From sequence record MH460460.1: DNA of 64,000 nt. One strand, written 5' to 3'. Numbering within the stretch: position 1 is the stretch's first letter; the number at the start of each line of letters is the position of its first letter. The notes under the pieces were generated by a model that searched no databases, was not told where the DNA came from, and was given only the letters and a program-made list of their open reading frames with translations. The position numbers and the translations under genes are program-made. Shown one piece after another: positions 10,401 through 17,695 of this stretch.

Positions 10401-12007
10401 TTCAAATCAGCCAGTTTTGTTTTCGGCGCAATGAACTTGATTGATTTTGTTGTGCTTACCGTAGCCTCATTTTCCGTGTACTGCGCGACAAGGCTAGTGA
10501 GGTAATCGTTTCGCAAAACATTGCTGCGCAGATATTTCTCTACAACTTTCGTATGCTCAGAGGTAGAAAGATATTGCGGCTCAACTACGCGGCTTGAATT
10601 GTCATTGTAAGTAACGATTGTGCGTAACTCAATCTCTTCACCCTGATTAACAGAATCGCCAACAGAGATAGAAAGAGAGACAGGCACAAGTTCCATTTCG
10701 CTTTTCTTAACCGCGAATTCTTTCGTAGCGTAGTAATCAAAGATTCCCTGATAACGCGCTTTGATTGCAATCTTCGTATCTGCGGCAACATACGGCAGCA
10801 CAAGGAAAGAACCGTTGAAACTTCCCAAAGGTGTTTCAAGAATAACGTTACCACTTGCAGTAAGATCGCGGCGCTGTCCGTTGGCATACGTTCCGTAAAC
10901 TTGAATCTGCGTGCTGCTATTTCCGTAGAGAGTTTTCTCTACCAGTTCGATTGAAACCGGATCAGGTTCGATTCCAAGCGGGAACAAACGCACACTGATT
11001 TCGTGTTCAGTTTCACCGTAAACAACAGTAAGCTGAATCGTGCGAATTGCGGCAGGCTCTTTGAACGTAACTTTATTTCCGTTACGGCTCTCGATCATTT
11101 CGTGATCTTTCACATAAACTTCTTCGGTTGTGACGCTGCTATCGCTATACAGAACATTCACGCCGAAAGAAATTTCTTCACCGCCATGAATAAAATCAGG
11201 CTGGATGAATTGCAGTTCACTGACCAGAGCTTTACCCACATAACTGCGGCGAACAGGTTCAACAACGCTATGCGCACCGATATAAATTTCGGCGGCAATA
11301 TTCAGCGTTGTGTATACGCCATGCAATACCTCTTCGATTGGTGCCCACTGATAAAACAGTTGAGCGCAACGACGAAAGAACATTACATTGCGTGCCGCTT
11401 TCTGGTAAGGATCAATGTTAACAGGATCGAAACCGATGTGATTTAAATGCCACTCTTCGGCCTGCGCCTGCGTCATACCAACAGCAACCAACGCATTGAC
11501 GATATCGTTTTTGCTGTCACGGTCGATAGTCAGATCCAAACCGCTATTAATCAAATGGGCGTCAACTTCCAAATCAACGTGCGTTGTTTTATACCAAGTG
11601 CCGCCGTCTTTGATCAGAGTACCAAGCGGAGTAGGAACAAAACTTTGATAGTCGTTGGTATAAAGACGATAGCTTTCGAAGTTCGCGCCAAGCAGAATAG
11701 CTACGAACTTGTGCCAGTTTTTAGTTCCGCTTACTTCACTGTATTCTGGAAGCACATCGAAAATATTTTTGAAAACTTCGCTACGGAAACTCATGATATC
11801 GCGTGTTACGTTGATACCGATTTCCTGCACACTTTCTTCGAGCACTTCCGTTGTGCTCTTATTCGTGATGCGGCGAATATCAATCAGTTGCTGAATAACA
11901 TCGAGGTTTCTCTCATCGTTGTGTTCAGCAATGATATCGAACAGTTCACCTATTGCAGCGTTGTCTTGAAAGAAATCCAGAAAGAAATCTGGAGTTTGTG
12001 ACTTCAT
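7484..12007 (-). CDS. Large baseplate wedge protein with multiple Ig-like repeats (1507 aa)
   Basis: Follows the J/gp6-like gene with an ATGA overlap. Helical wedge-like N-terminus, then repeated Ig-like units (e.g. QIQVYGTYANG, ELRTIVTYNDN, LFATYEDG). Confidence 0.65.
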   Translation of the reverse strand: MKSQTPDFFLDFFQDNAAIGELFDIIAEHNDERNLDVIQQLIDIRRITNKSTTEVLEESVQEIGINVTRDIMSFRSEVFKNIFDVLPEYSEVSGTKNWHKFVAILLGANFESYRLYTNDYQSFVPTPLGTLIKDGGTWYKTTHVDLEVDAHLINSGLDLTIDRDSKNDIVNALVAVGMTQAQAEEWHLNHIGFDPVNIDPYQKAARNVMFFRRCAQLFYQWAPIEEVLHGVYTTLNIAAEIYIGAHSVVEPVRRSYVGKALVSELQFIQPDFIHGGEEISFGVNVLYSDSSVTTEEVYVKDHEMIESRNGNKVTFKEPAAIRTIQLTVVYGETEHEISVRLFPLGIEPDPVSIELVEKTLYGNSSTQIQVYGTYANGQRRDLTASGNVILETPLGSFNGSFLVLPYVAADTKIAIKARYQGIFDYYATKEFAVKKSEMELVPVSLSISVGDSVNQGEEIELRTIVTYNDNSSRVVEPQYLSTSEHTKVVEKYLRSNVLRNDYLTSLVAQYTENEATVSTTKSIKFIAPKTKLADLKIVLPSVVQERDIVQPKAIALYVLDSATQKQIDDRDPSIIVAELEVEAQWSTTADLNAGVRNIPDLNKETGKFQAPIISDGHETFSLNAGIIEGNTVKTFQKLFEIYSTIYVPRILDLLSSGKLNSGSTLNLPVACTWNTGKTVAALAKVSVEFIPSPSAKTEAYSRTVALQEEAIKNGQDPTKFDPNNPDYSRWVTLTIGDSTQNMYDPFASAGGKIKQLYFKGDLHGTARIKMEYTYDTHTITNIRDIVLVPVRSLVSSVEIECYDILFENSRTFARLFATYEDGTQEYVQAANWSASWPEQDEVDYELIKFNPSTYTGMAVVEILEGRTPKSFADFKSMEASKLPMLLNIGSLKELSETSFDGAIVQVNKLSFDSYANIKARFYRIESSLTVQLRIPDRESINTIISARIDGATNIRADVQGESYALVCTFELPGIVKNMDGSYGNIPKSTYDAEMTCDWFITDHYTLDITNNQRTLIPSSSPVAVIDDEGNLTPTINSDTAVKIRARYQCDGYSIERYLLVYITRANTYLLSMGITGQDIVWEVAERNSTYEYEKGRWFIPYGYRVQLNTGDQIIGSEGTWQIGDDTDVEAVSIDSPSGHLYIGGNQISDGKIRINCEFVKINPETIQDETISASRVITMMSTQSIIEAEIKDVGGNVIPNNKYRLSMEYKRRNDQVGTSISPDADTVGFTWSIINSSPGFTIDQQGFFQFAAADDIQTVTVRCTLREQRTVIERDVDITCLKVGYPQDLTLTGFTNVRDESKIQLKALLGRSGTFNREDVSAKALWQVTNDRGDTVTVQGVSVDQRGNVSIDPLLSDVRFGIRCTYIENKVRLIQTHYINAHSSYPYYGTAPFGLTTLAVVEANLQSRLRSNVGGTFVFSPRTNEYGYFMCPSRYGSASFGSASDSQGQINAGWKAMDGARWPVTGDDGKTGPLTLQKVYDNVTETLYLYRSNERAFGTAVLTVRYS

Positions 12008-13467
12008 GACATATTCCTTTCGCTATACGTCACATTGATTTGTAGATTACGCAATGCAACGTATTCAAGTTTGCTGTTTGGAATCAGATCCTGAATCGGA
12101 CTAAGCACATTCAGATAATCCACTTCCGGACGCTTAACAGGTTCATCCGGATCGGTGTGATCGTACTTCACTGCGTCGATGATATCGGATACTGCAAGAC
12201 GTTTGCCAAGCGAACCAGATTTACGCTCAAACAATTTCATCACTGCGGCAGCAATTTTATCCTGATTGGATTGGCGCGTACCACTTGCATCTGCGAACAA
12301 CGCAACGTCAATGATAACATCGGCAGCAAGTTTATCCGGATTCCACGTTTGAATCTCAAGTTCGGATTTATACTTATCATTAATCCAACTCAAGAATTTA
12401 TTCCACTGCGCACTAACAGGACTAGGGTTGATACCGCCCCAACTGCTTGTGTTTTTCGGCAGGATACAAACGCGAATAACGCCCATCCATTCTTTATCGT
12501 TCGGCGCAATATCACGCTGCGACATAATCACAACATCGGCAACGTCAGGATATAAACTGATTGCCGCTTTCCATTCATCGTGGCGAATAAGTTTTCCTTT
12601 CGCACGTCCGAGAATAGGTGCGAAACGTCTGTAGTATTCCGGAGAAGTTTCATCAGCCGCACCAGTAATCGAAGTTGTCGTTTTACCTTGCAGCACACTG
12701 TAATTAACCGCCTGAACTTTTAAGCCGAGCGTATCGCTATTCACCGTAGCGCCAAGTGAACGAGTAGCAGCGACATTAAAAGTGTAACCAACAGGAGGAA
12801 TGCTTCCCCATCGTTCGCCGCCAAACTGAATCGTAACGTCGCCATCATCTTTCGTAATGTCGATAAAAATGTTCTGATTCTCATAGGCTTCAAACAAACA
12901 CTTATCAAATCGATCATAAACAATTTTCTGCCCGGTAGGAGTTTCCAACCAAACTTCAATATCGTTCGTGATTTCAAAATTTTCAGTGTTCAAATCAAAA
13001 CTCAAATAATCCCCGGTTGCGGTAATCAGTTGAGAGTATTTAAAACGCGTGCCGACAATGAGATCAACAGTTTTAGTTTCACCTGCTTCCCACTGCGTTA
13101 CTTCGGCGAGCAATCCGGAAAGGTTGCCAATGCTAATAGGCTCGTACTTATCCAGAATGATTTTGGTTCGCCCGGTATTAGTAATCTGCGCACTAACAGA
13201 ACCGGGAGACTTGCGCGTGATATCAACACCGAGGAAACGAGCGCCAGCATAGATACTTGTTGTGCGTCGTGCGAGACGAATGAACGCTTCACGCGCTGCA
13301 ATCAAAGTTGCGGTACTGTTCGTAATACCCAAATCGCCCAGCGCATCGGCAAGCAAACTTGTCATACTACTTACTTGCTGATCCGTCCAATAAGTCGATT
13401 GCTGCAAACGACGCAGAATATCCTGAGCGAATTCTTCATGCGTAGTAAAAGTATTGAGAATTGTCAT
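12004..13467 (-). CDS. Baseplate wedge subunit (T4 gp6 / baseplate J-like)
   Basis: Motifs DGDVTIQFG and GAADETSPEYYRRFAP...YPDVADV; follows the gp25-like gene. Confidence 0.8.
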   Translation of the reverse strand: MTILNTFTTHEEFAQDILRRLQQSTYWTDQQVSSMTSLLADALGDLGITNSTATLIAAREAFIRLARRTTSIYAGARFLGVDITRKSPGSVSAQITNTGRTKIILDKYEPISIGNLSGLLAEVTQWEAGETKTVDLIVGTRFKYSQLITATGDYLSFDLNTENFEITNDIEVWLETPTGQKIVYDRFDKCLFEAYENQNIFIDITKDDGDVTIQFGGERWGSIPPVGYTFNVAATRSLGATVNSDTLGLKVQAVNYSVLQGKTTTSITGAADETSPEYYRRFAPILGRAKGKLIRHDEWKAAISLYPDVADVVIMSQRDIAPNDKEWMGVIRVCILPKNTSSWGGINPSPVSAQWNKFLSWINDKYKSELEIQTWNPDKLAADVIIDVALFADASGTRQSNQDKIAAAVMKLFERKSGSLGKRLAVSDIIDAVKYDHTDPDEPVKRPEVDYLNVLSPIQDLIPNSKLEYVALRNLQINVTYSERNMS

Positions 13468-13877
13468 AGCGGCCTCAATGCAAATGTGACGGAATCTTTA
13501 TCTTCCAGCGCCGGAACTCGCCATGCAATATAGCATTCATAAGTTTGCTGTTCAGATCGAAAAACTCTCACATAAACGTTTGTGATATCATTGGTTAATC
13601 CGTTATCAGGATCTTGTAGCGCATCGCGAATGTGCGTTTGAATCCATCCAGCAGTTTCATCGTCGAACGGTTCAAACAAATCTTTGTAGACAAGAGAACC
13701 AAATTTCTCACGCCATTTGCGTGAACCTTTACGCGTACCGACAACGAATAAAACTTTTTGAGTAATGCTATCCATATCCTGAACAGTATCACGCAACTCC
13801 ATTTTGATATCCATGTTGATATCAGAATAGACAGCTTCGTTAGCCGGGACGTTAACGCGTTTTGTAATTATGCCCAT
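13464..13877 (-). CDS. Baseplate wedge/sheath initiator (gp25/GPW-like)
   Basis: Motifs YSDINM, GSRKWREKFGS and LFEPFD are typical of gp25; sits between the PAAR and gp6-like genes. Confidence 0.85.
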   Translation of the reverse strand: MGIITKRVNVPANEAVYSDINMDIKMELRDTVQDMDSITQKVLFVVGTRKGSRKWREKFGSLVYKDLFEPFDDETAGWIQTHIRDALQDPDNGLTNDITNVYVRVFRSEQQTYECYIAWRVPALEDKDSVTFALRPL

Positions 13878-14167
13878 TAGCCAAATCCTACGTTACCTGA
13901 ACCGTTGCTTGCCGTATCGCCGCAAGTGTTGCCGTCGCCAGCACGCTGCGCAGGTTTTCCATTCACAAAAACAGTTGCGCCGCTTGTAGCGTATCCGGTA
14001 TGCGGAGGCTTTTTAGGTTTCCAGTGTGGTTGATAAGGATCGCCATCACGCACGACACCCAAACCGTTCACAAAAACATTTCCACTTGCGCCAACAGCAA
14101 CAACAGGAAAATATCCATTGTGACCAGTAGTTTGATCAGCACCTAAGCGAATAACAGGTTTTCCCAT
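13877..14167 (-). CDS. PAAR spike-tip protein (T4 gp5.4-like)
   Basis: VIRLGAD..GH, NVFVNG.GVVRDGD and VFVNGKPAQRAGD..TCG repeats. Confidence 0.92.
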   Translation of the reverse strand: MGKPVIRLGADQTTGHNGYFPVVAVGASGNVFVNGLGVVRDGDPYQPHWKPKKPPHTGYATSGATVFVNGKPAQRAGDGNTCGDTASNGSGNVGFG

Positions 14168-14193
14168 TAGATTTTCTCCTTTTATTACTGGTT

Positions 14194-14200
14194 AAATTAG
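14194..14200 (-). promoter_or_regulatory. Candidate late promoter CTAATTT
   Basis: cACTAATTTAA lies 27 nt upstream of the PAAR start, right after a terminator. Confidence 0.55.
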
Positions 14201-14203
14201 TGG

Positions 14204-14241
14204 CAGAAACAAAAACGGGCAGCACAAAGGCCACCCGTTTT
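14204..14241 (-). terminator. Rho-independent terminator
   Basis: ACGGGTGGC-CTTTGT-GCTGCCCGT (two G-U pairs) followed by TTTTTGTTTCTG. Confidence 0.8.
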
Positions 14242-14485
14242 CGTATCAAATTTTTCATGCGGAGTTAAAAGTTGGACGCGCATAACCTCTATAGAATAAC
14301 GGCGCAGCAATCGGTTTATAGCGCTGGCAAAGAGTGTTCGCCCAATCGCATCCAATCTACACGCCGCGCCATTTGGAGAGGCGCACAAAATCCCACGTCT
14401 GAAATTTTGCTGTCCATAGTATACGCGGAGTTACCCGCAAGGCATCGCAATCAAATCTGAATTTTCGGCAAGAAAGTGTCGCTGT

Positions 14486-14638
14486 CTAACACATCCCTCG
14501 AACGTGCGCTTTGCCGTAAGCCACGGCGTAGCCAGACGCGAGCGCTTTCGGCTTGCTCGCACATTGTTTTTCAATGCCTAATCTTACTCCTTGCCAAAGC
14601 AAGATTAGTAGCGACATAAGGAGGATGAGATCTTTCAC
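14486..14638 (-). CDS. Small putative membrane peptide (50 aa, GTG start)
   Basis: TAAGGA RBS before the GTG; MKDLILLMSLLILLWQGVRLG has a hydrophobic N-terminal segment. Confidence 0.4.
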   Translation of the reverse strand: MKDLILLMSLLILLWQGVRLGIEKQCASKPKALASGYAVAYGKAHVRGMC

Positions 14639-14712
14639 TCTGAATGTTTCCTTACGTCTATTGTGACACGGTGCCACAAATTCTTTTTACAGATTAGCCA
14701 CCATAGAACCAA

Positions 14713-14820
14713 TCATTCATTTTTATTTTCCTTACCGCAATCCATAATCCACGAACGTAATTCTTCGCGAGACATTTTAGAAGGCGGTGTAAAAGTTTTG
14801 GAGTTAAGCGCTCTATCCAT
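14713..14820 (-). CDS. Small hypothetical protein (35 aa, MDRALNSKTFTPPSKMSREELRSWIMDCGKENKNE)
   Basis: Manual translation. It is in frame with the upstream gene after that gene's TGA and has no clear SD. From memory it resembles short phage proteins of the type AL.S..FT.P.G.SREE.R..I. Confidence 0.45.
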   Translation of the reverse strand: MDRALNSKTFTPPSKMSREELRSWIMDCGKENKNE

Positions 14821-14859
14821 CCGGTCGATATCAATCAGAACGACCGGATCTACAAGCGC

Positions 14860-15171
14860 TCATTTTTCACTTGCACGCATCATGCAGTCTTGCGCTTCGA
14901 GAAGTTTGCGAAGTCCCGCACTCTTCTCTGCGCTGTCAGAAATTTCTGCATCAAGCGTTTCTGCGATATGGCGAAAACATCCGGCGATTCCCATCTTTTT
15001 AAGATCGCCAGTGAACCGCTCAGGATCGAAGTAGTTCATAATCGGATTGGAATATTCTTTTTTACCGCCGCCCCAATCGCCGATTTCTTTAGGGCCACAC
15101 ATTCCAGTCACACCCGGAGTCTTACTCGGATGATCTTTATTATCGGTTATATCAATGCGTCTTTCCGACAT
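14860..15171 (-). CDS. Small helical protein resembling the Acb4 (anti-CBASS nucleotide sponge) family
   Basis: AAAGGA RBS. NPIMNYF...LDAEISDSAEKSAGLRKLLEAQDCMMRA matches the widespread phage family PIM.YF.Y.HLP...EKSAGLRKLLEAKDC.VRA. The ORF is solid; the Acb4 label is from recall. Confidence 0.6.
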   Translation of the reverse strand: MSERRIDITDNKDHPSKTPGVTGMCGPKEIGDWGGGKKEYSNPIMNYFDPERFTGDLKKMGIAGCFRHIAETLDAEISDSAEKSAGLRKLLEAQDCMMRASEK

Positions 15172-15194
15172 TTCATTTGTTCCTTTTCAGTAGG

Positions 15195-15880
15195 TAACAT
15201 CCTGCATTACGCTGTTAAGGGCAACGTAATGCAAGTTGTCTTCCCAACTTTCCCGACAAAAGATTTTCATTTCGCTTCCCGTTTCCCAACTAAAACAGGT
15301 CTAAGCGAAAACTATCTTCGAAGCCTCGCAGGAGGTCTTGCAAATACGCGATGGACGGCGTAGGCAATTTACGATCTTCGGTCTGCGGCAGTTATTTGTT
15401 AATCATCTTTCGATGACAAGAATAGGTCGTGAATTAGCTACCCACACTTTAAACTTCCTGCTAACTAAGATTCGAATACGGAAGTACCGCACGGGATATT
15501 CGAATCTAAATCCTCGTTTTGGACGATTGGCAACAGCCTGCTTGATAGCACCACCCACATGCACCGCTATCAGTATATTCACTTTACAGATTTTAAAATG
15601 AACATACGGAACCGATGAAAAAGATTTCCCGTTTATGCCCTCATACGAAAACATAAACGGCATTCTTTCTTGCTGTCTGCAACAAATCGGTTTCTCTGTC
15701 TGGAAGAGAAACAGCGATTTTCGTTTCCCCCTGTTAGGAGCGGCTTGGGAGCCTACAAGTGAAACGGCTGCCAGTGTTATATCCCCACTTTACAGATTCG
15801 TCCTCCCGCAAAAGAACTTTATGAATCCAACTGGCTAGGGTCTAAAGACAAGGCGGGGAAAAAGTAAAACCGCCTTGCCC
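15195..15880 (-). ncRNA. Candidate large structured non-coding RNA (about 690 nt), family unknown
   Basis: No credible ORF in a 736-nt gap. At least 9 stems (6-18 bp) with GAAA, UGCG and GUAU tetraloops; G-U pairs form only on the minus strand. Confidence 0.6.
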
Positions 15881-15907
15881 TAATTAATTACTATTTACAG
15901 ATTTACC

Positions 15908-17686
15908 TTAGAAAATTTTACGCTTAACCAGAGAATAATAAACTTCGAACGGAGCACCATACAAAGCTGGCCCGCGTTGAGCACGCGCTGTCACTTTGCC
16001 TGTATGAATGTTCAACGCAGTGATTTCTACCGTTGGCTGTTTCGGTCGAATAGTTTCATACACCGGAGTGTTGAATGTCGGATAATCATTGCGTAAACGT
16101 TCGATACTTTCTTCCGCTTCTTTCGACGGCTGCGGGAATTTAAAACGAATCTCAGCAGCGCGTTTACCGCGAGCGATAGTCACATAACCTTTCTTCAAAG
16201 GCACGCCGTTATACATCAGATAGGAAGAAATACGACGAGCGATACCAACCACCTGATCGTAAATCGTATCATCCATTACCTGCGCGGAAAAACGAATGCC
16301 AGTAGGTTGCTGTACCATTGCCAGACGCAAACCAGTGTTGAAATAACCTTCGTCAATCAGGCGACGGAAATAATCATACATCGCTTCGGTTTTGGATGCG
16401 ATAGCCGGAATGTGCAACGGCGGAACGTCAGCTTTCGGTTCAACAAAAGTTGGAGTCTGAACCGGAATAGACATTTTCACAACCTGCGAAACTTTATAAG
16501 TGTTTTCCAGAATCGGAGTTGTTTTGATCACAACTTTATTCTTGATTGCTTTCTTATAGTTTTCGTCAGTTGTCAGTGAGGTAAACAGACGATAATCAAC
16601 CGGGCTTGTATAGCCGCTAATGATATCGCGCACCAGCGTTTGAAGTTTTGCCTGCGTGTCAGCGAACACAACGCGACTGCGATTAGGCGTGCTCGGAGAT
16701 ACCGGGAAGAATGCACCGTAAACAGTTTTGATATTGCGCGGTGAACCTGTTCCAGTAACCTTAGTTGCGTTTTCCAGTTTCGGAAGTTTTTCAGCCTGAC
16801 CAACAGGCGCAACTTTCGGTGTACTGCGAATCGCTTTACCTTTAACGTAACTTGTCGCTTCCGGATCAACAGACAGATTACTCAGCAGATTTTTAACTGC
16901 CGAACTATCCATCCAACTCTCAATCGGAACTGCGAGGTTGTGCGCGAGATAATGTTTCTTACGACGCATCAAAACAACAGTGCCTTTAGGAATAACAGGC
17001 GACAGAATTTTTTTCTTCGTTGTTCCGACATACGCGAACGTATCAGTTTTCAGATCGGACACTTGACCGAACGGAGCGGTGAATTCAAGAGCGCCCATAA
17101 TGCTTTGCGCTGTTTCGTGACCGCGAACAATAAACTGAATGCGTGGGCTATCTTTCAGACGCAGATCGTAACGGTCTTTGTTGAGATAGGTAATCTTAAT
17201 CAGATCGCCTTTCTCAAGTTCCAGATCGTATTCATCGGAAGCATCATCAATAGCCAGTTTCTTACCAGTGTATTTGAGATACTTCGGTGCCGCACTTTCG
17301 GAACTAACATCGAGCACATCAAATACACGTTGAGAGTTTTCAGCGTACTCACGCGCCGCCAGCATTGCAGTAGCGAGGTTAAAGCTGATAGATTTTTCTT
17401 TCGGTGGAACTAACTGAACATGAACGCTACTACTTGCACTCATGAAAACAGTTTGATTATCGTCGCGAGTTCCGGCGAAGTGCATTCCAGTAAGGCGCTC
17501 TACAGCGTCAGCACTAATGCTTTCGTGTGCGATACGATCACCGGGAACAATCTCAGTGATTTCGCCACGGTGCCAAACATAGGCAGCGCGTCCATTGTGA
17601 CCAATAAAGTGATCGCCCACTTTAGAGATTGACCGTGGGATAATCCCTAAGTCAGAAATAACGCGAGAAGGTTTTTGAACAATCAT
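15908..17686 (-). CDS. Hypothetical protein (592 aa) with an internal copy of the recurrent YxxYxG domain
   Basis: Long ORF with AAGGA RBS; segment KYLKYTGKK...LEKGDLIKI resembles domains in three other genes. Confidence 0.7.
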   Translation of the reverse strand: MIVQKPSRVISDLGIIPRSISKVGDHFIGHNGRAAYVWHRGEITEIVPGDRIAHESISADAVERLTGMHFAGTRDDNQTVFMSASSSVHVQLVPPKEKSISFNLATAMLAAREYAENSQRVFDVLDVSSESAAPKYLKYTGKKLAIDDASDEYDLELEKGDLIKITYLNKDRYDLRLKDSPRIQFIVRGHETAQSIMGALEFTAPFGQVSDLKTDTFAYVGTTKKKILSPVIPKGTVVLMRRKKHYLAHNLAVPIESWMDSSAVKNLLSNLSVDPEATSYVKGKAIRSTPKVAPVGQAEKLPKLENATKVTGTGSPRNIKTVYGAFFPVSPSTPNRSRVVFADTQAKLQTLVRDIISGYTSPVDYRLFTSLTTDENYKKAIKNKVVIKTTPILENTYKVSQVVKMSIPVQTPTFVEPKADVPPLHIPAIASKTEAMYDYFRRLIDEGYFNTGLRLAMVQQPTGIRFSAQVMDDTIYDQVVGIARRISSYLMYNGVPLKKGYVTIARGKRAAEIRFKFPQPSKEAEESIERLRNDYPTFNTPVYETIRPKQPTVEITALNIHTGKVTARAQRGPALYGAPFEVYYSLVKRKIF

Positions 17687-17695
17687 GACCTGTCC

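Noticed and set aside
14820-14862. Selenocysteine recoding at the hairpin-associated UGA
   Set aside because: The position does not align with a Cys and the hairpin lacks the canonical bacterial SECIS features. Kept only as a generic readthrough or indel hypothesis.
15468-15507. Two UUCGAAU T-loop-like words suggesting tRNA or tmRNA
   Set aside because: They are the two arms of one stem (ATTCGAAT is palindromic). There is no T-stem, acceptor stem or CCA end.
15553-15575. CUGAUAG resembling a hammerhead ribozyme core
   Set aside because: It does not match CUGANGA, and no correctly placed GAAA/NUH three-way junction was found.
15403-15663. 86-aa minus-strand ORF within the structured gap
   Set aside because: Weak RBS, start inside a 14-bp stem, and no recognisable protein features. 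The stems with G-U pairs explain the sequence better. Not excluded without ribosome profiling.
15300-15830. Group I intron-like words (UUGCGGGA, UUCACGACCUA, CCGCAG, GAAGAUAG) and a GUGCG
   Set aside because: The P/Q/R/S-like words are out of order, no interrupted gene or homing endonuclease is present, and there is no group II domain V.
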